Part shown: piece by piece, positions 14,001-28,100 of the stretch
Layout of the letters: each line of letters opens with the position of its first letter
Position numbering within the stretch: position 1 is the first letter of the stretch
NCBI RefSeq assembly: GCF_052425735.1
Contig: NC_135761.1
Span: 57,598,001-57,662,000 of the forward strand
Length of the DNA stretch: 64,000 bases
Source: Oculina patagonica
Taxonomy: Eukaryota
Direction: 5' to 3'
Position numbers and translations under genes: made by a program
Notes under the pieces: model-generated
Told to the model about the DNA's origin: nothing
The model's database searches: none
Seen by the model: the letters and a program-made list of their open reading frames with translations, nothing else

Positions 14001-17000
14001 TTCATAACGGCGGTTTATTCAACTTTCAGTCGATAATCAACCAAATGTTTTACTGAATCTGAGAAATGCGTATAGAAGCAATAATTGTTTCTCAAGTTTT
14101 TTGTTTGTTTGTTTTTTTAACTTGAAAAAGTATTATTTTGTGGTTTTCTTAAACTGGAGGCCTCATCTGGGACTCATAATTTGACGCAAACTTTTCTTCG
14201 TTTTGCAAATTGCATGCTAGTCTCTGCCGTGTGAAAACGCAAGCCATTTGTTTTTAATAAACGGATTTGTGTAAATTTGTTCGAAACGTTTTCTTTTGCT
14301 TTCATCGGAGATATGAGTTTTCGGTTAGATGCTTCATGTATGGGAACGATGGGAACACATTTGATCCTCTTAGAAGTAACACCGCTGACAGCCATAACGA
14401 AGTCTTTTGATTCACCGACTTGCCGCCATTTTCGAAAGGTGCGAAGATTTGCAGATTAGCTCAGATTCGTTGAGGTTGTTGTAACGTTTTACTTCATTCT
14501 GTTAGTTCTTTTTGGGAAAACATCTACAGTGTATATCAATATGTTTTTCGGAAAATGGTTAGAAGTGGAATTTGATGAAACATCGACGAAGAAAACTCGA
14601 CGGATCGATTTCATGCATCCATCGAGGTTGCCGGCCAGCTGCAATTTTGTCAACCGCTTCGTGCTACAAGGATAACGATTGATCTACATCGTAACTCACC
14701 AGGCGATGGTTAGTTTTTGTTCGTGAACTTATTACAAACTCAAAGACTTAGACAACCAACTTTGGATTGCTGAGAAGTTTCTACACGTACAGGTAAACTA
14801 AAGTCTTGTTTTCTTTGTCACTAATATGCATCTATTGAGCTTACTGTATACAGTAATCTTACATTGACATGTAAGCTTAAGCTTCATGTCGTTTGTCTGA
14901 ATTTGCTGGTTGGAAAGCAAACGAAATCCCTTTTTATTGAATATTTCTAGCTTCTTCTTCATACTTGTATTGAAGCTAGCAAATTTCATAGATTAAGAAA
15001 TGAATAAGAACTCAAGGTGGTGAAACTAAAACTTCTTCTGTATTAAAAGCCAGCATGCATTCATACACGGTGTGTGACATTTGCAGAATGCAGTCTGTAG
15101 ACTTGCAGAGTCTTTTCCCGTTTAGCCTACTTCGGTCAGCCTGTTTACGGTTACATGTACAGTATGTAGCTTTCAATAATGGTAATGGTAACACAATATT
15201 TTCTCTTAGTCTGCATTCTGCAAAAGTCGGACACTGTTCATACAGTCCTAAAAATGCCGTGGTTTTAAGTGGCCTTCACAGGACAAACTAAAGTTGGCAA
15301 ACTCATGTTGGCAAACTCATGTTGGTGTGTGTAAACGACACAACAACAGTTGGCAAACTGTTGGTGAGAATAGAGACAAGTTCTATTTTGTTGCCAACAG
15401 TTGGCCAACTTGTTTGCCGTTGTTGTGTCATTCACACACACCAGCTTGAGTTTGCCAACACGAGTTGGCCAGTAGTTTGTCCTGTGAAGGCCGCTTAACA
15501 TTTACATAATAACAACTTGTGATGAAAACCTGGCATATCCAATCAAACCTAAATTCAATCAAACCCAATCAAACCCCAATCGTTTGATTGGGTTTGGTAA
15601 TCGAAACAAAATCGAACATCTACATGTATATATTTCGCTGTGAGTTTGATTATCGAGCCAATCAAACCTTAAACACAATTAAAGTCAATTCGATTTTGTT
15701 TGTAATCCATCTCTTGATATCATACATGTAATTAAATGAAACAGGACTAATCATAATGAACCTTTGTTGAATGGAATACAAATGTAAAATTAGGAAAAAC
15801 GTCCAAATATCGAAATGAATTTCAATGTTCAGTTTTTCAACAAGAAAACAAAAAGACGTTTAAATGCTGCAATGTACTTTTGCTGACATTTTTATAGTAG
15901 ATTAATAGAGGTAAATGATTTATGCCCAGAATGTCACCCTGATACTCAAACAGAAGTTTTACCATTTCATAGCTGTCACTTAAAGTGGGGACACGGGTTT
16001 GGGACTTGGGACATGGGGACCCTGGGAGTGGGTGAGGTGGGACATGAGACTTGGGGGAACGAGGCGCAGGGACATGACATTGGGGAATAAAGCAGATGCT
16101 TATCACAGTTGATTTCAGAGCTTTAAAACATCAACAATTTTGGTAGATATGGCTTTGCTTGTTAAACCGTTTTACCCTCTGACCTCACTTGTTGGTCATG
16201 CAGGTACATGTAATGATGTATTGTATCATGGCACTTGTCGAGATACACATGTATGACTATATTGCATCATGAGCAAAATGTGCTGTTGCAGCCCATGTAC
16301 AGTGTGATGGCATGTTACTTCCTTGTGCATATCTACTGTCTTGAACCCCCTGCAATTCTAGATTTCAGTACAACCAAAATTCACACATATTTTAATAACT
16401 GGCAATCATTAACTGTCTCAGTGAATTTGACTATAAGATATACAGTAAGTACTAAATATTGTCCTCCTTAGTAGATAATTACACGCAATTGTTTTTATTC
16501 TGCACTACTGTAAAAACCTGAAGAATAAATCTTGGGATGACAGTTAAAAAAAAATTATATATTTCTTTTTTTCAGTGGAATCAACTTAAATCTTCAGATT
16601 TCATTAAAAGAGCAGCCAAATGGAGTTAACAAGAACAGGATATCAAGGTACTTGTGGGTGAAAATGTTGCTGAAGTAAAAGAAAAAACACTTTCTGGTGT
16701 TTGATACAATGTACATGTACAGTATATTTATGTATTCATTTACTTTAACAACTTGAGTAATCAGACAAAAAAAAAAAACAGTAGTCCAGTTCTGTCCCTC
16801 TCCCTGTCATGGAACATCGGGAGAGGAGGGTCCAGACTTTAAGCAAGAAAATCTTCTCTTGCTGGTCAAATTTGGTCTGGTTCACAAAAAAAGCAATGTC
16901 TGTAAAAAAATTTAGTAAAAAAAGTCTGACATACATGTACATGTATTTAAAGCTGAGAATATTGAGCAATTATAACCGGTAAGGTTGGGAAATGTTACAA

Positions 17001-19155
17001 CAATCCAAACCACAGTTCATATTTATATGAGCTTTTCTGTTGAAACAAACCGACATAATTTTGATACCTAAAAATCTTTGGGAGACATGTTTACGCGAGT
17101 GTCTCTTCGATCCTCTGTCAATACCTGGAATTTTTCATTCAGATTGAAAACCAAAGGGACTCTCCGACAATAATTTGTATCTCAAAAGTACTTGTGAATC
17201 ATCAGATAGTTTGTGTTATTGATCAACAAAATCATACAAAGTTGAGTTACATGTACCAGAGAATGACTAAAATTCAGGTTTTGCTGATGGGGGAATATAA
17301 AATATATTCGAGTTGACAAGTTCTTACTACTAAGCTGTTAGAGTTTCTTCTCAAGCCTGCTGGACCTTGGATGTCTTCCTTCAGTTATACTTATTAGCTT
17401 ATGAGGATCATGATTCGTGGCCAATTTGTGAAGAGGAAGGTTTTTTTCGACTCATAATGCCCCAGGCACTAAGGAAAAATCTTTATTTTTTAGCCACCAA
17501 GGGCCCTTTGACTTGCTTCCATGCAACTTTCCCTTTCTTCTAGAATTGAAGTATTGACAGCCACCTCAAAAAACATGTGTATTAGGGATTAGTGATGTGA
17601 AGACAATTGTCCCTGGACCCTCTTCCCACTTTGCATCACAGAAAGAGGGGGCAAGAACTGGACTACATGTAAAAAATTAACCCAGAGGCATAAATACTGT
17701 ACTGTTTAGAATTCAAAAATATTACATATACACTACTACAATACTTCTGCCCAGGTTGTAATATTTATTATAAAAAAAAGGTTAAGTCTGCGTCCGAGCC
17801 AAGTGGCCCATACAGCAGGAGCTTATCCCGGTTTCCGTAGCATTAAGCGACTAGGAGTACTGCTACTCCCCTCTGGATGGGATGCCAGTCGATCGCAGGG
17901 TTACCCCCCAGCAGTAAATTCGCCGGTACTCTGGGTGGAGAGAGGCACTGTGAGATTAAAATGTCTTGTCCAAGAACACAAAGCAGCACCCCGGCCAGGG
18001 CTCGAACCCAGGCCATTTGACTCAGAGTTGAGCGCGCTAACCTTTAGACCACCACACCTCCCACAATATTAAAATAATATTTATTATAATGTCACTCAAT
18101 ACCACCTACTGTTCAGTCTTTTTGAACCATTTGCTGTGAGGCCAGGGCCTGGTTGTTTAAAAGGTGAAAAACGCTATCCACCAGACATTGGTTGTTCAAT
18201 GGCACATGTAGGATAACACTATCCAAGGCTGCTGCCTAAGGAAATTTTTAAGGAGCCCTTCGGGCTCCTAACATCAATATTTAGGAGCCCGGGCCATTAT
18301 GTTAGGAGCCCAGCTTAAAAGTTGCCGAAGACAAATCTGGGGTGGGGGGAAGGGGGGGGTGGGGGTTACTCAGGCAAATATGTGGTCAACAATGTGGTCT
18401 TGGAGAGGGGCCCAGGGAGTCAACCTTCCCCCAACATTATTGCTATAATATACATGTACCCGAATGTCCCCTAGGGGTACTCCCTATAGTGGACTATATG
18501 GGGAGGCTTCGCCCAACAGGGATACCTTTCTCAGGCTGTAGGTATATAAAAGGATAAGGATTTTACGAGTTGGAGTATACAAAAGGGGGGGGGGGGAGGG
18601 AAACTGGTTTTTAATTAAGTTAAAAATAAGAAAAAAGATGTAGTATTTCTTCTGTTGGTATGTGAAAGGGGTGCCATCTTCATTAGGGGGTATATGGTTT
18701 CTAAAAGGTTAAGGGTCACTTTCACATACCCCAAAAATGGCAACCTCGTTCATGAGATCCTGGGAAAGACGTTGCAGAAATGGTTCATGAAAGGGTAAGG
18801 GTACCCTCCCCATAAAACTTTTTTTTTTTTTACTCTGCAGCAACCTCAGAGACCCAGAGATAAGAAGTTGGATAAGTCATCAATATCAGCAATATATATA
18901 TCTCTCCCCTCTGTGGGTTAAATCACTAGCTGGGCTGGGAGAAATAAACCAACAATGAAAACTGACATGCATTTAGTTGAGAGCGTGAAGGGTTAATTCA
19001 TTTGTTAAGCCAGTGCCAGAATGAATGCATTTCATGTACTTTCATATGTTTTTCACTTAGAAAATCAATGTACATGAAACAGAAAAATCCAGTTCAATTA
19101 ATATTTTAGCAATAATTAAGCAGGTCTATTTTTCGGGTGTCGGTAAAACGCCGAC

Positions 19156-19187
<32 letters not shown>

Positions 19188-22100
19188 AATTTTTTTACTT
19201 TTTTTTTTAAAAAAAAAAACACCGATTCAGAAAAGTTTATATTGGCGTATGGAAAATTTCGAGTCGGAAAAAGCATTTCCTTCACAAAATAGCCGGGAAT
19301 TTTGATCCTTATAAGTTCAAAAGTATAAAAGAAGAAATTTGTGGTCTAACAGGCGACAGGTGAAATTCTCTATTAAACAGTTTGGCGGATAGAATGTGCT
19401 GCCGACTTCTTTCTGAGCGTTATCTCCTCGATAACATAGCATGAACTTTTTTCAAGTTTAAATCAAATTGTACATGCGTTTGTGTAGCAAGAGAAAATTA
19501 ATTCAGGTTTATATCGTTAAAATAAAGCCGCCTTTCGTATCCAAAAATTATTTATAAGGAAGCAATATTGTTTTGTTTAGACAGCGAAGCTCGCATTAAC
19601 ATGTCTCGCAATCTTTAATTTTCTATATTCTGTTATTGTTTTAAATATAAGTGGAGGTATCTAGCCATTTCTCCAATTTGCGTGACCGAAATGCGGAAAG
19701 AAATTTTAATTAAAATTGATCTTAATGTACACATCGTTTTCGACGCAAATGGTGAGTTCTATCCTGCCCGCCTTTCGTCGCTCTCGCTTACTACACACAC
19801 CATACAATCTTCGCTTGCTGTTCAAATTCGATCCAGTTCACAAATGAAGCAATTGACGTCTGTGCAAAAGTTTAAAAAGCTGGCTATGTGTCTCGATTGT
19901 TGAGGAATTTTCCTGACTGAAACATGTAACAACAAACCGCCCGACATGCGAGTTTCTCTGTCAAAACAAACCGCTCTCCTTCTTTGAAAATACTTCTTTT
20001 GATATGAAAGGCAGCTTTAATTTTTATTACTCAAAAACATATACAATTTAATTTACACCTGAAACAGTTCATGCCCACCAAATTCTACTACAAAAATCTG
20101 CCGCGCATGTTTAAAAATAAACAGATTTAGAATATTTGCGAGACAACGTCTACGCGAGTTTCTCTTGAATTCTCTGTTTATACCTAATTTGTTTCAGTGG
20201 GACTGAAAACCGAAGAGCCTTTCAGTACAAAATCTATTTTTTAAGTTCTTATGAATCACAAGGTGGTTCTGTTGATCAACAAAATGCAAAATGAGCAAAG
20301 AACGGCTAAAATTGAGGTTATGCTGACGAGGAAGTATTGCCCCCGCTTTTAGTGTTTGGTGCATAGCGGTTTGTTGTAACAAACAACACGGATCGAAATC
20401 CGCCAATCACAGCCCACCAGCATGACCTTTTGACCTTGTGGGTGAAACCAACAAGGGTATCCATCGGTTTTGATAGGCTCATTTCAAACAGCACGTCGAA
20501 AGATGCTGTCGAAAGATGCTGTCGAAAGATGATGTGGAAAGATGGACGTAGAAAGATAGTTATGCACGTAACATTGAAAGCGGGTGTAACTTATTCGATT
20601 ACAGAGAAGTAGACAAAGTAGGCTAAACTGTATGTAAAAGTTAAATTTCACCACTCGCCTGTTAGACCTTAACTGAAATTCTTGTCTTATACTTTTGAAC
20701 TTATAAGGGTCAAGATTTGTGGCAAATTTGTGAAGGAAATGCTTTTTTCGACTCGAAATGCCCCACACGCTAATATGAACTTTTTAATTTTTTTTTCTGA
20801 ATCAGTGAGTTGTTTAAAAAAAAAAAATTAAAAAATTGACCCCGACCCCGACCCCGACCCCGACCCCCGACCCCGACCCCGAGTCGGCGTTTTACCGACA
20901 CCCCTATTTTTCCTAGGTTTAGAAAAAAGGTAATGAGAAGTCAAAAACACCTGTGTAAACACTTTAATTAAGTTTTGATCTTATCTTTGTTACATGATAA
21001 CCAGTTGACAAAAATAGAACAGAAAAATTAAGTTGTGAAAACACTTCAAATTACTAATCTTATCAAATAAGTTTTTTATAAAATAAATGTAGTAACAAAA
21101 GCAATATATTTTAATCAAACTGAATATCTGAGCAGGCAAAAGGACTGAGGTTTCTAGCACAAAAATTTGCTAGTCACGGATCAATGCCCGAGAATGCTCA
21201 GGACCGCTTATAAACGTAAAAACATGAAACAGTTCGTTGAAATTAACAACCTAAGTCCACAAAAAATCGGCAGCAGATATGAAATGTCACATGAAAAGAA
21301 AGAGGCATACATTTTACGTCCTACTAAAGTTAAGCGTTCAATGCTTTATAGATTAAGCTGAATTACATGTTAAACGCGCCACGTAAGTTTGTGTACACAT
21401 CACGATATTTGTCACGTTGTTTTACGTAAGTTTAAGCCTGTCGGAAAGGTTTTTGTATCAAGCTTTTGCAGATTAAAATTATTTCAGACCTGATCCATGA
21501 CTGCAGTAGCAAACAGATTGATTTCACTTTTGTATCCGTAAATATTTCTTCAGATTCACTTCGAAAATTCTCCGAAACGTCAACGAAGCAAATGAAACGT
21601 AATCCAGAACATAACACATTCCATATTTGGAAGTTAGGCCCAGTCCTAAACACTTGAAAACGAATGGTTTTCGAAGTTGCTGAATTTTGCAAAGACACGT
21701 TACGTACTTAATACGCCAAATGCAAACAATTTCAGCGTTTCCGTTTTAAAATGAAGCAGTTGTTGATTTTAATGGGATTTTTTATGCCAATGAAACAAGG
21801 TTACAAGGAAATTGAAGTCAAAAGATGGGAGTGGAAGATCAATGTTTAGGCGCCCATGCGGGCTCCTTGAACAAAAATTTAGTCGCCCGCGCTCGTAACT
21901 TAGGCGCCTCTGGCGACCGGGCGCCCGTTAGGCAGCAGCCTTGCTATCCACTGGATAAATCATTATCCAGTGGATAGCATACAGTGATTTGTTTTGTCAG
22001 CACTTATCCTTGGGAAAGTCATTTAACCGGTTAATACATGTAGCATTATCCACCTTTTGAACAACTGGGCCCTGATCAAGGAAGTGTTAACAATACAAAC

Positions 22101-25100
22101 TACAATATCCACTTCATTGTAAATTAATTAACAATAATCCTGCGAAATCGTGCAGAATATTGCCTGATACTTACCCGGTAGCCGACAAAGCCATAGGCCG
22201 AGTCAGCTAAAATCAGGCGATATTCTGCAAGATTGAGCAGGATAATTGTTTTATTATTTAACAAATTGTCAACGAAGCACATTCCGCAGAAAGAAAAGCT
22301 GAAATTACGCAGCGTGTTTTTCAAGAATTTGGACAAATCTTCGCAACCTACACGTACATGTATATCGCAGGATATCTATTATGTTCGGATGACAGATAAC
22401 ATTAACATTTGGACCACATATGGGCAGCGTGCGCATTTGTTGAATAATAATTGGTGATAGCATTATAGCATTATCCAACCTTTCAACAACTGGGACAAGT
22501 GCTACATACATTGTACACTGTATAAAGGTTGGGGTCAAACTGAAAGGCAGAAATAGGAGAGAGTCCATATTTTTTTTTTTTATTTTTTTGATGATGATTT
22601 TTCTAAAAATGACTTGGGGCTTTCAATAAGATTAAAAGTAAAATGCAGTATAGTAGCAATATACATGAATTGTAAAAAAAAAACTTCAAGCTGAAAACAC
22701 ATCTATATAGGGAGATGCAATAGTACAGTACCGGTACTTATTTTGATGATTCCTCATTACAGTTTTCTAATTGTTTTTCTTTTATATGCAATAGGTGCTA
22801 CATGATGATAAAAGTCTCAAGAAAATTCCAACAGTATCAGGAATCTGCAGCAATAGCAAGGACATTATTTTGTTCAAAATTGTTTTCTGTAACCAATGCC
22901 AGAACCTACCTCATGAGCAATTTCTTTTATAAAATGACACCGAGATATGAATGGCTAATTATATTTAAAAAAGATTGAGTTGATTTTCGTTGCATTAATA
23001 ATGCAGCACAATTTTTATTGGTTTTAAGCTTCTTTTATGGCTTACTACATGGTACAGTATGCCTTATACAGTGTAGGTACAGGCACATGGCATTAAGCAA
23101 ATACATGTAACATTGTAATAATTATTTTTTTGCACTGTGAATGTAAACTGCATGTACCGGCCGGCACACAGTTTAATTTAAAGTGTTTTGACTTTAGGTT
23201 TACCGGTAATTTGTTTTTTAAAGGTTCACATCACTACTGCTGTATACATGTACTGACCAATGATATAACAGGTACACGTATAGGTAGTTGATGCAATACA
23301 CAACAAGCATAACAGAAGTAGTCATCAAACTTTTATAACTTATTTGTAAATAAAGTATTATTTATTCAGATAACATGCCTACTGTCTTGGTTAACATTAT
23401 AGTTTTCTTTTTGGGGGATATTAGTTTTATCTTGTGTTTGGGAAGGGAGTTTTGATACGATGGTTTCCAAAGAAGACTTCAATGTCTTACCCTTTCAAGT
23501 TCTATTAAAATTCGCGTACAGAAAATTTCTTTGTACCCGACGTACCGTGGAATTTCAATCCACTAAAATGTTTGGTACTAACATACCGTGGAATCTCGGA
23601 TACTGAAATCCGAGTGACACTTGACGTACCGTGGAAAATCCGGTACCGGATTCTCGAGTGACACGTCTCGTACCGTGGAGTTGTGCTCGAAAACGAACAT
23701 TTAAATGAAAAGCAAATAGTAATTTTCCATAAGAAGTGAACTAAGTATTCAACTTGATCTACTGTGCTCGTATATGGTACGCCATTATTCTCGGCGAATC
23801 TGGAAGAATAAGCGAATTTCCGGGCCTTGACACGCCGCGTTTCAGTGACGTGTCTGGACATCGGATTTTCCTTGCCACGGAAAAAGTCCGATTCGGGGAA
23901 AATACGATTCCTGACACGCGGTGGACACGTTGCGTGTCATGAACCACGACACCTCCGAGTACGTCCGTATTCCTGAAGAATACGGGTCCGAATCGTGTGA
24001 TTTCCGGACCACGACACGCGTCTTTTCACACAGTGAGTTGAAATGGAACACAACAGAACCAAACTAGAGAAAGACAATGGGAAGATAAATAAGGGAGGAG
24101 CAAAACAAGTTAAAAACACTAAATAACGTTATAAATTACGTTATTAACAGTTTTGACATCAAATTCAACATGAACTGAAACGAAAAAAATAAAATACGAT
24201 AGTCTTGGACCGCGTAGCTAAATTTCGCGAACATGCTTTTCTTATCGCGGTGTCCAAATATCGTATTCTAATCTAGCTAGGTGACCATCCAATGGAAGTA
24301 AAATACGATTAAATTAGACAACTGGGTAGTCTGAACGGTGACCGCGCCCGCTAAATATGCGAGGGACGGAACACGTGTATGTATGTGATACTTACTTAAC
24401 AAACAGATCAGGATGAGCAAAAAAGTCCGCAAACATCTCCAGCAACGAACGCGGCTCTAAAATGAACGTTGGTAAAACAACCTGGAAAGCCAAAAGACAC
24501 GAAGTAAGACAGTGGACTTACTAAACTTGATTGCCTTCCCTTGCGTTATGATAGCGAAACAGGTTCAAACGAATTTTGGCTTTGTCACATGTAAATATGT
24601 TACTGAGATCTGCTTGGGAGGCTAGGTCCCATTTTCGTCAGATTACCCCTAAAAATTACCAGTTTACCGTATTTACTCGAATAAGCGCCGCGGCGCTTAT
24701 TTAATTTTTCGCGCCTCAAGTGCGGCGCTTATTCGAGGGCGGCGCTTATTAAAAAATTTGGACGCCACAAAGAATCTAATCTTTACAGTAATTGAAAATT
24801 GCATTTTTTGATTGTCAGTATTTGTCTCTTGCTGAAGAGAGAAGTGGCGCTAGGTGTCCTGGCAAAGTTCTCGGCCTTAACAACATTTACAGAACTACGT
24901 ATTGTAAGAATGTTGGATAGAAAAACTAATGGGAGTGCGGTAAACAATCACTTTGAACTGCAATCCCTTAAGAGTTGCTTTGTAGTGATGTTTTTACTTA
25001 AACTCAATTCCTCGAATAAGCGCCGCATCAGGACTGCGGCGCTTATTCGGGTTAACACGGAAGTCATTTGTACCCTGACGTTGCCACGTCAGCATGGCGC

Positions 25101-28100
25101 CAAAAGGTCACGTTATTTTGCTTAGCAACGTCTCTGACCAAAAGCCACGGGCTCAAACAATTCACAGAGACGGTAAAGAAAGGGTCCACAAGGTACCTTA
25201 GTGAGGTCCATTCCCAGCTTGAGTTGAGAGAGGAGATGCAATATAACACTTTTGTGTTCCTCTACTGACTGGTTTTCAGGCTCCTCTCCTGAACAATAAG
25301 CCTCCTCGTCAGTTACCTCCTCTCTGTGACCTAAACCGACAATAACAATAAAAACATTAAAAGCCAAGATAAGAATTCCTGCGTTTGCAATTTGAATTAA
25401 CTCGCACGGTACAAAGTCTAAATGGCACGGAGAATTGCCGCGGATGTCTTTTTTAAACTCTTTTTAGTCCAAAACATAATTCAAGTTCAAAATATAAATC
25501 GCCGGGCTTAAGAGCTTTACCATCTTTATTATTAATTACACATTTGATGATTTCGACATTGCTGATCCTAGCATGCAGTATGCAGGAAGCGTGTCACATA
25601 TCAACCTAGTAAATGGCCCAGCTCACCACGAGTCTCTAGTAGCTCAGTTGGTTAGAGCACCCAACCGGTATCTGGGAGGCCATGGATTCGATTCCCGTCG
25701 GGGACTCAGATTTTTTCTTTGTCCCACGCTCGTGACATACTGAACAATTCTTTTCTATAATAATTCATTCGCTGGTCAAATTTTTCCAAAACTGAGATAT
25801 TTAGTGAACATAAATAACGTAGTTTATTCTTTCAGAAGCAGAAAAATAAACGCAAAATAGTTTCTCGTTCCAAAGTTATCAGGCATTTTTTTGCGTTTCA
25901 CAAAGATGTCGAGCCGTCGAAATCGAGAGTTCGGTGTTCAACCGTATTGTTTATTATTTTTATTTTCATTTGTGTATTTTCGGTTGCGGCTGAATTGCAG
26001 GACAAATGCAAAATATGGAAATGAAAAATTTAACATTTAAAAGCGGCCTTTTGTCTCAGACAAATAGGCTACACTTCGATTGAAAATGTCCCAAAACTTT
26101 GCAACAATATCACCGAAGCTCAAAAATTAATTTTTTCTACTCACCGACATTGTGTTTCATCCCGGCTCTTGCTTTTTCGCAACATGATATTGTGGAATCC
26201 TCTGTAATTTCTGTATTTTTTCCATCTTTTCTTTGTGTTTTTGGAGTAGAAGGACTCTTGTGGAATCCAAAATGTCGACTTTCTCCCGTAGTTCGCTCTC
26301 CTTGAGACTTGAAGCTTCAAAATAGAAGAGAAAGCTAAGTTACAAAAATGTAAAAGCGAATCAGTTGTACTATACCCTCCATTTAAAAGTGATCTGAAAC
26401 GTAATTTTTAAAGTTTGAATTTTATTTTTGTGCCAGCATCGAATACAATAACAAAGGCGTGATTTCTTCTTTTCAACCAAGGCTATGTGTTTCGGCTTTT
26501 ATTCAATTCACTCGCAGTCTATACGATAATTACTTACTTCCTCGTCGAAATCAGCTGAGAAATAACGCTCGGGTAAATGTTTTTCCTCTCGGGCGATTTT
26601 TCCAGAGTTGAAGAATTCATTGCATATAGTCGAATCGTAAAGTTTAATAATTTATTTATGGCAAAGTGTTATTTCCCTTCAACGAAAAAATAGAATTTGA
26701 AATATCGCCTTCTTATCGCTGGCTTCAATCATTAATGAATAAAGAAAACTTTTGGGTTGAAATTTAATTACTTTTGGTCGGCAGGGCATTCACAACATTT
26801 TTAAGATGACCCTTATTGAAAGTTTTACATTTAAAAACAGAAAAGTTAATTGAAAAGAAAAAGAAAATTTTGCTAAAGATTACATCTTCTAGAACAAAAA
26901 AGTGACGTCAAGTCTATGAATATTTTAAAATTTTAATTCTTTAAAGTATCATTACAATTTAATTGGTCAGTCCAACATGGAATACCCCTTAGGAGTCATT
27001 TTTGCAATTTTAAGAGATACGGTTGTTAAATTTTTTCGGGCAAAATTGAGCCGCAACTACGTTTAGGAAAGGAAAATTGCGTTTCAAAAACTTCCTTTTT
27101 TTAATTGTGTAATCTTTTTCAAAATCTTCATTCAAGTGAAGTTTATGTAGTGGTCACTGTTTTAAAAAATACGAGTCGTATTTTATTATAATTATTTTGA
27201 AAATCCTCGTTTAGAAATTTCTCGCAAGATTATTTGACCTACCGAGAAACCACTATTTAAAACTTATACAACAAATTTTAAAATACTTTTTACCTTTTCA
27301 GATCTTAAATCGTCAACCATGATTTCATATTTTTTTAAAAACTGTTCGACTAAAGGTTAACATAAATTAAAAAAAATAGCTGGTGTCATTTAGGTAGTTT
27401 TTGTCAAGAGCCCGTGGATGTTTGTGGTTTATTTTATCTGTTTTCCAGTCTGAAGATTTCAAAAGAATTCTCCAAACTCTGAAACGTTTAGCGCATGCTT
27501 GCCGAACTCTCCACATGCGTATTGCTTAGCAACCGAATTACAAGAACTGTGGGCTCAAGGACTGATTTTGCTTCAATACGGGAATTTTTCCTCATGTGTC
27601 AAACTTAGCAAGTAAATTGTCTCCTAAAGAAAACAGTTTTACAACCAAAAGAAACCGATTTTAAAACTTAATTTCTTTCCCGAAGATAAATTTGCGGGTT
27701 GCTATGAATTGTCACTTTTTAAGAATTGCTCAAACGCCTTTTGACAGTCGGGAGAATTTCGGCCAGCATTGTCTACAGAGCCCGCAATTTCAGTATAAAA
27801 AGAGCGGTTGCTTAGCAATATGACGTATAATGTTTTAGGTCAGGCTGACGTGGTACCGTTCGGAAAGCTTGCATGTGTTACTTGGAGGTAAAAGATAGAG
27901 TTTAATGAAATGCAAGTATTTTATATCTTTACCTTAAATGACGTCTCCGACTCATAGCGTAGTTGCTGGTCTCACTTTGAATTCTGTTAAATGATTTAAC
28001 TTTAAAGTAAGTTATCACTTAGATCTGTACAAGTTTAACTAGCAATCTTTAGATCATTATGGCAAACTTTATGTCAATTTAAATTATATATATAGCGTGT

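Larger units (their letters stand above)
18143..22074. mobile_element. MITE with GGATAA/CTATCCA repeats, split by a hAT-like insertion
   Basis: Left end cagggcctggttgtttaaaaggtg (18143) pairs with right end caccttttgaacaactgggccctg (22074). Confidence 0.65.
13160..24035. mobile_element. Large non-autonomous CACTA/EnSpm (CMC)-type DNA transposon, 10,876 bp, in ORP intron 15
   Basis: Termini CACTGCGTGAAA (13160) and TTTCACACAGTG (to 24035); 3-bp TSD AGT at 13157-13159 and 24036-24038; subterminal arrays of CGTGTC/GACACG at both ends and TACCGTGGA repeats at 23540-23680; no transposase ORF seen. Confidence 0.8.

Noticed and set aside
25280-25325. FFAT motif in the ORP linker ([14 protein letters not shown])
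   Set aside because: Acidic, but a poor match to EFFDAxE; cannot be supported without a scoring matrix.
25632-25710. Possible tRNA gene
   Set aside because: A/B boxes are present but the anticodon and acceptor arms are not convincing, and it is embedded in a repeat; treated as SINE-like.
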